A DNA stretch of 63,730 bases, filler included, from Craspedostauros australis (lineage: Eukaryota), in the NCBI GenBank assembly GCA_030167865.1. It is 11 parts of 11 records of this genome, joined end to end, with 100 filler letters (N's around TTAATTAATTAA, not from the genome) between each part and the next. Parts side by side here need not be neighbours in the genome. Positions count along the whole stretch, not along the records: positions 28,953 to 45,394 come from JALAGF010002351.1; positions 45,495 to 48,046 come from JALAGF010002352.1; 9 more parts are not named here. One strand, 5' to 3'. The notes under the pieces are model-generated. The model searched no databases. It was not told where the DNA came from and saw only the letters and a list, made by a program, of their open reading frames with translations. This document shows, piece after piece, positions 35,066-45,495 of this stretch. Made by a program: the position numbers and the translations under genes. Each line of letters begins with the position of its first letter. Positions within the stretch are counted from its first letter, which is position 1.

Positions 35066-37493
35066 TCAACCATTGTGAGAGGCAAAAGAGACAGAGGGCA
35101 AGCGTTTGTGATCAATGATTTCGTCCATGAGGACAGTCGAGTAACCGTCATCGTCGACACGAGCGTAGATGTTTTCTACAATTTGGTTGGCATTGAAGGC
35201 TTCCTGATGTCCATCAAGGAACTTGACCTCATATCGCGACGTGTCGAGCATCGGGTTGTCATTGGAGTGACCAACGAGGTTGCTGTCTGCGTCTCGTTTC
35301 CGTCGTTTGACAGTGCCATATTGCATCTTGTCCTCTGTTGGCAAAAGGACCTTCACAGATATGTAGCGATCGTACGCCTCACTTGATACATCTTCGGGTT
35401 CGCTAATGGACTCTAATGGTTCTGTATTCTGGAGGAAGGCGATGTCTGCTGCTGTGTCATCAACGTCATCACCGTCGTCGTCTGCAGTGATGCCTTCCAT
35501 TCGTTTGTTCCACTTGGTGCGAAGTGTGGTCATGAATTCGGCCTGTTTCTGTTGGAGGACATCATTGTTCGTATCATCGTGAGAGAGGTAAGACAGAAGA
35601 TTTGGAAACAACAATGCCATTGGCAGTGAGAATGTACGAGCACATGGCCTCGCCGACAGAACAGCTTGGCCCCAGATAGCGTCCGAGCTGCTTCACGTTC
35701 ATAGCAGCGTCTTGTATGTTGATGTACCAGACAAAGTCAAACCAGCCAAACTCGGCAATGTGTGAGATATCGGCTGTGTCGCCTGATAGGATGGTTGTTG
35801 GTGTCTCTCCATGTAGACCGTGCACAGATAGCGCGATGTGGCTGCGGATCTCTGCACAGTATTCAAAGCAGTAGTTCCACAGGTACCCCGGTGTGTTAGT
35901 TGAGGTCATCAGGCGCCAGTATTGGCGACGCAGTTCGCGGATGGTGGACTCCGCGTGGTTCTGGTTGTGGATGTACGCCTCGATCGGACAGATGGAGACC
36001 TGTGCTTTGTGCAGTTTGCGTCGGAATTCACCAGCCACAAGTTCCTTCACGTTGTCAGGGATGATGGTATGCGGTATGCCGTGGTTGCGAAACAGTTCTG
36101 ATAATCAGCAATTGCATACAGGTGGGCACCAAACACTGCACTTACGACGTCGCCAGGGTGATCAAGTCCTATAGGTGAAGTTGGTTGTGTTTGGTTGTTG
36201 TGTTGCTAAGTTAGTGTTGTATTCAATTGATGATTGGTGAGAGTTGTGAGCACAAGATCTCATTCATCCTAAGTTGGTGCATTCTTGCACTGTTTCTACG
36301 ATCTTGCCTGATTCATCATCAGGTCTTCCTACTGTTCTGCTCGATGTCTTCGTGTTACATCGTGCATATTTTCTACTTTGTTGCCCAAGGTTGTCACTCT
36401 GCTCTCCGCAGTATCTCGTGTTATTCTTCACCCTTGAGTCTTTTCACATCTCTGTCTGACCTTGTCTGATCTTGTTTGGTCTTGTCTGGTCTTGGAACCT
36501 TGTAGGATCCATATATCCCAACCGTCGATGTCAGTAGATTGCTTGCATCATCTCTGACATCATAAGACTATTTCTTAATTGTTGTTACCACATGCTCACT
36601 GATGTACCTGGCGTCACTAGACAAGTCAGCATACCATGACTATCACTTATTCTTGATTCCTCGGATCTCAGCGACGATCCTCTGACGTCATTCTCTGATG
36701 TCAGTGCCTACGTCATATCTGATGACAATAGAACCCGAACGCCATATGCGTCATCAAGACTCATTCGACTATAATATCAATCGAGTCGAAACACGTTCCA
36801 GTCATGTGTGATGTTAGCCTAAATTTCGATCTAGATGTTGACAAGTTCGTCGAGTGTGAGATGTGTGTTCTTGCGTTCCGTCATCGGATACACACGAACC
36901 CAGTGGAATGGCGTGCAATATATCATCGCACATTTGTTGCCTTGGACTGATTTTGTCTTCGCGAACATAGTATCCGCATATACTTGTGTGTTCAGACGTC
37001 GGTAACATAGCTGCATCGCATACGGGTTGAGTCGTCATGTGCCTGTCGAGTGCCGGAAGTCGCGCACGGCCATATGCGTTGTTGCTTGCAGCGTTCGTGT
37101 AGCCGCATCAACCCCGATACGCCAACGTCGTGCCAGCGCTTCGGGTGTGATCGTCCCCTTTCGATTGGATGTGTGCGTGCTCCCGATGAACTTGATGTCA
37201 CGAGTGATGACTGTTGGCAACGACAGTGGCTCTGGCGAGATGGTTGCCCGGATAGCGTCCTCGTCGTCCCCTGACGCCCAGTGTCCTGGGTCCCAGGTGG
37301 ATTCCTGTGTCATCATGACATGTATGCAGTCGTGATCCGTTTGGACTTCTTGCCATGTTGGTTTTCGTGTATGGAATTACGATATGGTACCACGTAATCG
37401 CAGCGGGATGTGGAGGTTGTTATGGGAGGAGATCACTGAGTGATCCTCCGGCTTCCGTTCATCCTCATGGATCATGAGTAATGGAACATCATT
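35066..37493 (-). mobile_element. pol: decayed diatom copia (CoDi-like) pol segment covering the integrase region; host of later insertions
   Basis: IPLRLRGTIS*FHTRKPT, ITPEALARRWRIG, YADTMF, QNHAESTIRELRR, DISHIAEFGWFDFVWY, LGRYLGPS, GTVKRRKRD..NPMLDT..YEV. Contains a stop and frameshifts. Confidence 0.85.
36099..36843 (-). mobile_element. solo LTR, family Y, 745 bp, with 5-bp TSD AGTTC
   Basis: TG...CA ends and AGTTC at 36094..36098 and 36844..36848. Removing it restores the host frame LTLDE-LFRNHGIP. Confidence 0.92.
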
Positions 37494-37597
37494 ATAATAA
37501 TAACTCAGGGATTACATTATAAATGTGCTCTGCAGGCTTTACCCTCGCCTCCACCGGCCCCGTAGGGCCAAGCTTCGAACGAGCCGTCGAATACCCA

Positions 37598-40500
37598 TCA
37601 CATCAGCCCTAGCCAGTTGCTCATCAGCTGGCGCTCATTCTGCATAGTGCGCGCCCGTCGCCGGGCCGACACCTTGGCGTGGACTTCTGTCATGGTCCGT
37701 ATCCACTGTCGCATCTGCGACTCCGTTCCGTACTCCATCTGGTGCCCCTCTCGCAAGAGGGTCACTTCCGCTTCCGTCATGTCCTGGCTGGCTCCACTGG
37801 CCACGCGTCGTACCTGTCGCCGTAGGTCCACCAAGGAGGGGTGTTGTTCCCCGTCATGCACTTTCTCGTTACGTGCCTTCCAAACGCTCCACGGTATCTT
37901 CCAGATCCAACGAACGACCTCTCGAGCCCACGCCGCCTCATCTGGGAACCGGCACTCGTGCTGCGCCATCCACAGAGCTTGCTGCTTCCGCCAGTCCTTG
38001 TGAAGGAAACCCAGTAGTAGCGGGTACCACCCAAGGGCCCCCTGGATGCCTGCGACCTCCTGCCTTCGTCTCCACCGGACTAGTCCTACGCGCATGTTGG
38101 CCACTAGCCTTGGGGCCGTGCCGATCGTGATCATGCGCTGCAGTAACTCTTCAGATGCGTGGTCCCATGCTTCAGTGTGTTCACCGCAGCGAAGAACGTG
38201 CTGCGTGGTCTCTTCAACTCCACAAAAAGCGCAGCTCGAACTCTCTTGCTGCCCCATCTGCTTCAGTTTCCGACCCACACCCACGAACCCCGAGGACCAC
38301 TTCGTCACGAACTTGGCCACTTCCCGGTTCGGCTTGGCCTTCCTGGCCCCTTGGTATACTTCCCAGTCGGCGCCCCGGGCGGAGTCCATACTCCACCCGA
38401 ACTTCTGTGTCCAGTACTTGGCTGTTGCTGACGCCTGTAAGCACCTGTACACCTCCTGCTGACCCACGTGCGAGTAGTGCCAACCATGCAGCTCCAGCGT
38501 CCATCGAGTTGTCGCCGATCGCCAGGTGAGCACTCGACGTCGTGGCAGAGTGGCACTCCAAAATTCCTTAGCAAGCTTGTCACACTCGACATTCAGTTTC
38601 TCGAGAATCGTGAGCTCCTTGCCTTTGTCGTCTTGATGGCCGCGGACCCACTCCCACTTCTCTTGAGCGCGGATGCCACGTCGTAGCCGCAGGATCTCAA
38701 CTAGGATATCCCAGTCGCGCTGTCCTGGACGGACATGGTCCTCCTGCTCCTGATTCAGCTCCTGGGACCCGTCGAGGGCCACCGTCACCGAGCATGACTC
38801 ATCCAGCTCCGGGACCATCGCCAGCATTTCCAGGGAGGCCCAAATTCCCGCCAATTCACTGCGGTAAGAGCTGTGTACTTCCGCTGGCCCTGGAACAAAG
38901 GTGTGACAGCGAACATGTGTCGTAGTGGCCGTGTCGAACATGATAGAGCACGAGGTGCCTCTCGCGTCCTTGAACGACCCATCACTCACAAGCAGGAGGG
39001 TGTGATTCCTCGCGGCTGCCAACATCTGGTCCCAGTTGGCATCCCCTCCCAAGCCTTCCACGGGGTCGTAGGGTGGCGGATCCGCCTCTGGTGCCTTGGT
39101 CAGTCCAATGCGTCCATCGCACGTCAATCCTCTGTCTGTGATCGAAACCGACACACGCCACCTCTGGTCTGGAACCGTTTGCGTCGTGCCTCGGAGCCTG
39201 TATGCTGTCAACCGAGTCCGTCGCCTTCTGATCGGCGCGAACACTCTCACCGGATTGGAGTGTGTGTCAAAGATCTCGTCCGTAAGCTTGGACTTCCACC
39301 ACTGCCACGTCCCGTCGTCAACAAACCACTTTCCTAGCATTCTCTGAAGCATGCGCCCTCGATAGCAGATACTCTGGCACCACCGTCGCCACTCCTTCCA
39401 CCATCCACTGGGCAGCTCCTGGGGAGTTCGGGCCCACTGTACGTGCACTGCTGGGGGTTCCTGGCCTTCCATCACACCGATTGCCAGGGCAGACCCGGCT
39501 GCATTGGCGATGTCCGACATCCTGGACACTCCAAGCTTGGCTCGGCACATGTTCAGGTGGTACAGCTCGGCGCCCTTGATTCCAGCGTCGAGCCACATTT
39601 GCACGAGAAAGCAGTCACCTTCACGTTGCAATTGGATGGACGGTGTGGTCTCGATGATGGTGGCGCCCGTATCAACTAGCTGTCGCCACAGTCCTTTCAC
39701 CCAACACGGGGTGACGCACTGATGCAGTCGCTCATAAGGGTAAGAGAATAGGGATCCCCCAACGCCGAGTTCTGCTTTCACCGCTTGAATGAAACACTCC
39801 AGCATGCGGCCAGTAGAGGTCTTGCCGTGCACTTCGTCGAAGGCCAGCTGAATCTGTTGTATCAGTTGGCGATGCACCGGGTTCGGGATCCCGAGGCCGC
39901 CGAGGGATATCGGGGCGTACACTAGGTCTCGAGGGAACGTTCTTGAACACCCCATCTTTGGCAGTGCCGCGAGAAGCGCTGGCGCCATGACTCGTCGCCA
40001 CTGTGCTGCAGTCAGCTGTGAGACTCCCATAACATACTCCACCAACTTGATGAACCTCAGGGACAATGCCGATTTTGCATCTGCTGGGGAGAGTTGTGAG
40101 TTTCTCATCTTCCCTGCAAAATCCTCCGACTTCTTGCGAAGTGCCTGCACTTGCGCGTCCTCATTGCCGTCAAAGGCAAGAAAGACCCCCAATGTGAACA
40201 GGGGCTGGTCCCTGGAGTTGGATGGGATCGCCTGCTGGGCTCCATCATCGTCAACGATGACTACTTCCATGCCCGACTCTCCATCACGCCACTCCCACAA
40301 ACCGTCCACGAAACGCGGATGCATTGACCACCACGCCGACTTGGCCGGGACGATCGCTCCCCCCGTGACCTGCAGTAGTCCGCTCCAGTCCTGTACCATT
40401 TGAGAGAAGGTTCCCTCACCTCGTCCCTCCTGGTTGCCCAGCATGATCAGGTCAGTGTCATCCACAAAAGCGGATCCGAGAAGACCGAATTCGCCCGGGC

Positions 40501-43108
40501 CGTGGGGAAACCTCACAACTTGCTTGTGACCGAGCCGCTCCATGGCTTTGAACATCACAGAGCTGATCACTGCCCAAATTGCAGGGCCTGCTCCGTTGCC
40601 CTGACCGATACCGTGCATGGCACAATCCGGTCCGCTCTTGTACGACCGCGCTGACACGCCGAACGCGGTGCTGATGTGGTGTTGAGCGTCACGGAGTGTT
40701 CGAAACATGCACCTGGTAGCGGCCGGGTTGGCTCCCGCCGCCATCATCACTGTTGCCGCGAAGTTTGGGACTATACGGTCGTAGCATGACTTGGCGTCGT
40801 TTGAGCAAAACCAAATCGGGGTCTTCTGCTGATGCCCGATATCAATGCTCACTAGTTTGTTGAGTGCAGCACTGATCGCTGAACGGCGCTTCCGGCTCCC
40901 GAACTGGTATTCCGATAGCCAGTGGTTTGCTTCTGCCGTTGCCATCATCTGTCGGCCCAGACGCTTGTTGTTGAGATTGAATTGCGAGTCCATCAGTTGG
41001 ATCGTCCTCATGTTTTCGATGTTGAAGACTTGTGCCTTTTTCAGGATTTCCACATCGGTGATACGTTGCCATTCTTTCGGCGAGTGACCCGTCTGGTACG
41101 GAAGCTCTCGCATGGCCATATCCACTTCTGCCAACGTCAAATCAAAGGATGCCGCCTTGTAGTGACCGAAGTGCGGCCCACTTGGCTCCGAGTTGGTCAA
41201 CTCCGTTTGTTTCTTCCACGCTTTCACGTGCTCGTCCACTGTGAGCTCGTCTTCTTGTCTCGTCACGGGTTCCAGCGATTGCATGAGGTGCCTCCACAGC
41301 GGGTGTTGGAAGTCCTGGGCCAGGATGTCCCCTCGAAGTAACTCGGGGGCAGTGGCTGGGTTCCAGATCTTGTCCATTGTTCTCCGACCTTGGCCTGTCA
41401 TGCATGGGGTAGATTCTGCCTGAGAGAATCGTCGTTTGTTCTCGATCACGCATGCATCCACAATGTCCGGTTGCTCTGTGCATTCCTGTACTCTGCCTTC
41501 ACTGTCGGTGAAGAGCACTTTGGTTGTCATGGATTTGCCTCGCCCGAATACAGCTCGGAGTCGTCCAGCTTGTTCGCGCTGCCGCTCCCTGTTCAGCAGG
41601 GTCTTGATAGCCGTCTCGTATTCTTGGTCCTGGGCGTCATGGCGTTGCCTCGCCAGCTCTACTAAGTACTGCTGCCTGGCTTGCTGATGGTCCTTCTTCG
41701 CTTGATAGTATGATGCGTATGCCTCCGACTTCCGCGCCTCCGCTGCGGCCAGCGATATAGCGGCTTCCTGTCCTGCCTGGGTACGAAGTCGCCGTCTGAG
41801 GGACGAGCTGATCTTCACTCCGTTCCAGTACTTCACTTCGATGCTCCAGTAGTTGATCTGTGCTCTCGCTTGTTGCAGCTCCGGAGACCACGCGACCTCA
41901 CCCATAGCCAGCTTCCTGCTTCTCTTTTCAGCAAACCTTCGAATCTGGTGGATCTGCTTGTGCAGCCCGTCGTAGGCAGTCCTCTGTGACGCGTTGATAA
42001 CCCATCCTTGCGCTTTGACCGCTTGGAAAAGCCTCATGGCTCGTTGATGCACACGGTGCTTGCCGTACTCCTCCAGGATCATGTCATTGTACCTTTGAAC
42101 CACCTTCGGGTTGCTTAAGACCAGACGTCTGGGCTGCGCGGACTTGACTCGCTGTGCTCCTACACCCAGTGTTTGATTGAGGTTCAGATCCACCCAGACC
42201 GCTCTGTGGTCTGACGGGATAGCCGCTCCAAACGCCGTGAGTCCAGCTCGTACCACTTCGATGCCATCGGACACGTAGATCGCGTCAATGGGGGTGTCAG
42301 TTTGATTTCGCTGTTGGGTGGAGCACCTCGACTCGGCTCCGGTGCGGTCGGATATCGCATTCTTCAAACCCACTGCGTACAGCGCCTGTGCTGTTCTGCC
42401 GTGGTCTGTATCCTCGTTGAGATCCACTCCGATGACGATTGTCTCTCCGGCCTCCCTCCATTGGCGTACCAGTTCTTGGAGGTCCTTGATCCAAGCTTCA
42501 TGCGGGTCATCGGTCCGCCCTTGCGAGTGCAACGCTCGTACTTGCTGGTTCCACACTGTGGTTTCACCAGAGGTGGATTTACACGGCCGGTATGCCGCCA
42601 CCACATGCACGATATTACGTCGCTTGCCCTCGATTTTGGACCAAGACCATCTCCCCATTCCGCTGTCATCGATGCCGTGGCTGAAGGATCGTGCTGCCAT
42701 CTGCTCGGTGAGCACGATTCCTGTGCCTCCGTATATTCGCGGCTCCCGTCCTGGCTCGTGACAGTTGTAGGAGAAAACGTGCTTCGAGCGCTTGATCTTG
42801 CCTCTCACTCGTTCTTCCCATTGGTCATGCGGTCTCACGTAGCTCCATCTCAGGTTGGTCTCTGCCATGGCAAGTACGTCCAGTTGCGAGCTTCGTATGA
42901 AGGTCATGATTTCTTCGTTCTTGTGTTGATACGCACACAGGGGTATCTGGGCCACGTTCTGGAACACTATTCGGATCTCCTTGTCCGTCTTGGTGCCCAT
43001 CACGTCCCCGCGAGCATTGTTTAGCCTACTCGACTCTTCGTTGTTGGCCTCTTCCCCAGCCATGGTTGGGTTCATACTGTTGGTATGCGTGTGCCCTCGG
43101 AGGGGCAT
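37598..43108 (-). CDS. ORF2: AP-endonuclease, reverse transcriptase, RNase H and Cys/His finger, 1836 aa
   Basis: APE: FQNV, AETN, AAYRP, GVDLN, IDAIY, SDHR. RT: DAKSCYDRI, GIGQGNG, FVDDTDL, LGV. RNase H: VSDGS, RSELAG, WVRGHQD, NVECDKLA. Finger: CAFC..ETTQHVLRC. Confidence 0.93.
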   Translation of the reverse strand: MPLRGHTHTNSMNPTMAGEEANNEESSRLNNARGDVMGTKTDKEIRIVFQNVAQIPLCAYQHKNEEIMTFIRSSQLDVLAMAETNLRWSYVRPHDQWEERVRGKIKRSKHVFSYNCHEPGREPRIYGGTGIVLTEQMAARSFSHGIDDSGMGRWSWSKIEGKRRNIVHVVAAYRPCKSTSGETTVWNQQVRALHSQGRTDDPHEAWIKDLQELVRQWREAGETIVIGVDLNEDTDHGRTAQALYAVGLKNAISDRTGAESRCSTQQRNQTDTPIDAIYVSDGIEVVRAGLTAFGAAIPSDHRAVWVDLNLNQTLGVGAQRVKSAQPRRLVLSNPKVVQRYNDMILEEYGKHRVHQRAMRLFQAVKAQGWVINASQRTAYDGLHKQIHQIRRFAEKRSRKLAMGEVAWSPELQQARAQINYWSIEVKYWNGVKISSSLRRRLRTQAGQEAAISLAAAEARKSEAYASYYQAKKDHQQARQQYLVELARQRHDAQDQEYETAIKTLLNRERQREQAGRLRAVFGRGKSMTTKVLFTDSEGRVQECTEQPDIVDACVIENKRRFSQAESTPCMTGQGRRTMDKIWNPATAPELLRGDILAQDFQHPLWRHLMQSLEPVTRQEDELTVDEHVKAWKKQTELTNSEPSGPHFGHYKAASFDLTLAEVDMAMRELPYQTGHSPKEWQRITDVEILKKAQVFNIENMRTIQLMDSQFNLNNKRLGRQMMATAEANHWLSEYQFGSRKRRSAISAALNKLVSIDIGHQQKTPIWFCSNDAKSCYDRIVPNFAATVMMAAGANPAATRCMFRTLRDAQHHISTAFGVSARSYKSGPDCAMHGIGQGNGAGPAIWAVISSVMFKAMERLGHKQVVRFPHGPGEFGLLGSAFVDDTDLIMLGNQEGRGEGTFSQMVQDWSGLLQVTGGAIVPAKSAWWSMHPRFVDGLWEWRDGESGMEVVIVDDDGAQQAIPSNSRDQPLFTLGVFLAFDGNEDAQVQALRKKSEDFAGKMRNSQLSPADAKSALSLRFIKLVEYVMGVSQLTAAQWRRVMAPALLAALPKMGCSRTFPRDLVYAPISLGGLGIPNPVHRQLIQQIQLAFDEVHGKTSTGRMLECFIQAVKAELGVGGSLFSYPYERLHQCVTPCWVKGLWRQLVDTGATIIETTPSIQLQREGDCFLVQMWLDAGIKGAELYHLNMCRAKLGVSRMSDIANAAGSALAIGVMEGQEPPAVHVQWARTPQELPSGWWKEWRRWCQSICYRGRMLQRMLGKWFVDDGTWQWWKSKLTDEIFDTHSNPVRVFAPIRRRRTRLTAYRLRGTTQTVPDQRWRVSVSITDRGLTCDGRIGLTKAPEADPPPYDPVEGLGGDANWDQMLAAARNHTLLLVSDGSFKDARGTSCSIMFDTATTTHVRCHTFVPGPAEVHSSYRSELAGIWASLEMLAMVPELDESCSVTVALDGSQELNQEQEDHVRPGQRDWDILVEILRLRRGIRAQEKWEWVRGHQDDKGKELTILEKLNVECDKLAKEFWSATLPRRRVLTWRSATTRWTLELHGWHYSHVGQQEVYRCLQASATAKYWTQKFGWSMDSARGADWEVYQGARKAKPNREVAKFVTKWSSGFVGVGRKLKQMGQQESSSCAFCGVEETTQHVLRCGEHTEAWDHASEELLQRMITIGTAPRLVANMRVGLVRWRRRQEVAGIQGALGWYPLLLGFLHKDWRKQQALWMAQHECRFPDEAAWAREVVRWIWKIPWSVWKARNEKVHDGEQHPSLVDLRRQVRRVASGASQDMTEAEVTLLREGHQMEYGTESQMRQWIRTMTEVHAKVSARRRARTMQNERQLMSNWLGLM

Positions 43109-43519
43109 CGTCGACGTCTCCGTGTCTCTGTAGTATCGGTGTACTATAGAGGCTTCAGTGGTTTCGCCGTGTGTTGGTTTTGGTGTTTCTTTGTCTGTTG
43201 TTGCAGTTGTTCTTTGGCTGTTGTTTCGTTGTTGTTGTCCTGCTGTATTTGTTATTGTTATCTCTGATATTATTTGGCTGATACAGTCGTTTCTTTGGTT
43301 GTTGTTAGTTGCCTCGTCCTCGATCCTTCTTTTTTTTGGTTGTGTGAATCCGGCTGTCCGGTGTGATTGGTGAATTGGTTGTTGACGCAGATCTTGGCTG
43401 CTTGGGTTGGCAAGAGATGCTCCTTGGTGTCGCCTCTTTGATGAATCCGGTTGTCCTGCCTGGAGTCGTGAGAATAGCTGATTGTTTCCAAATTGCTATT
43501 CGTCCGGCAGCTTCGACCC

Positions 43520-45148
43520 TTACACTGCCACTGCGGCTGGTTCGCCGCCTCCTGATTTGTCGGAGCTTGTGTCCATGTTATCGTTTGCCTGGTCCTCTGA
43601 CTCTTGGCTTGACTCGTCTTCATCCGAAGTCCCTTCTTCCTCCTCGTCATCACTCTCTTCCGCGATCGTTTTCGGGTGGTCAACATCGAAGTCGGCCTTA
43701 GCTCTTGCATCCGCTGCGAACGCGCTTGGGTTGCTGGCCTTGCTGGTGGCCGCGGTAGAGATGGCCTGTGCTACATGGCTTGCCTGTTGTGCTGGTGTCG
43801 CAGTAGCGAACGTGCCAACAGCGTAGTTGTCACCGTTCTGCATCTTTGGATTGTTGTTCAGCTCGACTTCGAAGTGTAGGAGGGGAACCGGTTTCATGTT
43901 ACCCTTTTCGTCCACGTAGCCCTCGCATCCCATGTCTGCAGGTGTCATGCCTGCGCCTTCTTGCTCGTCTAAGTTTAGGAATCTTGGGCCTGCCTGCACC
44001 ATCTGTCCCATCTCCTGCTCCTCTTTGCTGAGCACGAGTCCTGACTCCCAGTCCACGCCGTAATGCTCATTCTGGGCCCAAGCATGTGGGGTGAACCATC
44101 CTTGGCACCTGTAGTCCAGTTTCTTGTAACAGAAGAATGGGAGCTTAGAGATCAGCTCATGGGCTTCGATCCTCCTCTTTGGATGGAACACGAAGAAGGT
44201 CTGGGTCCAATCGTTTCTGTCAGTGTCCATGGAAACGAACAGGGAGTATTCGGGATCCTCGAAGGAACGCAGGTTCATCACCACCTCTCGTAGTGTGAGC
44301 TTCCAGATTGGTATCTCCACATCCAGTTGTACAATCGAATGCGCGCCTTGCACTTTCATGGACTTCTCGAAGTCGCGCTGGTGGGACGCCATCTTGCTGA
44401 GGCTTGTGAGCTCGGATGGAGGGTGTTCGAACCTCGCGTCCAGTGCGTCGGGCATGAATCTCATTTGCTTACCCAGCAATCGGACGGTGTCGGCCCGATT
44501 GTTGAAGAGTTCTTTCATTGCCACTCTGCAAAGTTGCGTTTTGGAGGACCCGCTCATCACGTGTGTGGCCCTGGGCCGGTTGCGGAAGTCGCTTGTGTCT
44601 TTTGGCCTGTTTTTCTTGCTGACCAGCTGGATTTCGCGCATGCGCAGTTGAACGGCGAAGCTGCCCTTGACTATCTCGCTTTCGTTGATCACCTCCGCCA
44701 GGTCGTTGTTGTTGGTAGTACTGTGACTTCCAAACAGCCAACCTGCCGTTACGATGTTGTGCTCTTGGATCTTGGACTTGGTAAAGGAGATCGCCACCGC
44801 TCGTAGGGTTCCGTCGTCTTCGAAGACGTCGACATCGGCCTTGTGTGCGACCCAGATCCGGGTGTACGTGTTGAAACCGGTACGGGCGTACAGGCTATCC
44901 ACGAACTGTTTGATCGTTTCTCGTGGCGTCCACGGGACGTCGGCTGCCGTCCAGGGTCGTACCTCCTTGCTCTTCCTCCAAGCAATGATCTGGGCCTTGG
45001 AGTCCGCCCTGAAGATGAATGCGCGGACCTCGTTAAGGCTTGCGATGACTTGATTGATGATGGGGTCGTTTGTTGGCAAGTTCCGCGCACGGTAACCTAC
45101 GATCGTGGAAGATGGTGTTGGTTGATAGTCTTCTGTTTGCTATTTCAT
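43520..45148 (-). CDS. ORF1 of the non-LTR element (in-frame ATG at 45148, TAG at codon 3; open 45139..43520)
   Basis: An open frame of more than 519 codons lies upstream of and co-oriented with ORF2. It has an acidic C-terminal tail and no recognisable catalytic motif. Confidence 0.75.
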
Positions 45149-45495
45149 TAGTTGGCTACTCCGATGCTCTCGGTGTACGCCATTCTCTCGCCCGATGCTC
45201 TCGGCGCTTCAATCTGTTTCGTAGATTCGGTCTCCGACTATGAGTCGGTACGCGAGATGCTCTCTCGCTCCTCTCTGTATTCTCTCTCTCTCAACATCGT
45301 GTGCTCGTCGCGCACGATACTCCGTGTTCGATACGTACTCCGTATTCGACACTCCGTTCATTCAGTACTGGCTCCTACTCCATGAGTACTCGCCNNNNNN
45401 NNNNNNNNNNNNNNNNNNNNNNNNNNNNNNNNNNNNNNTTAATTAATTAANNNNNNNNNNNNNNNNNNNNNNNNNNNNNNNNNNNNNNNNNNNNT

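Larger units (their letters stand above)
37494..45394 (-). mobile_element. near full-length two-ORF non-LTR retrotransposon (Ambal-like LINE); 5' end cut by the contig edge
   Basis: 5' UTR, ORF1, spacer, ORF2 (APE-RT-RNase H-CCHC), a roughly 100-nt 3' UTR and a (TTA)3 tail abutting copia coding sequence. Confidence 0.88.

Noticed and set aside
37598..43108. RT as a prokaryotic retron, DGR, group II intron or defence RT
   Set aside because: It is fused to APE and RNase H, with an upstream ORF1 and a 3' tandem tail in a eukaryotic context, which makes it a LINE.
45394..45495. LINE adjacent to the NRPS-like gene as a functional cluster
   Set aside because: They are separated by an artificial spacer and lie on different contigs.
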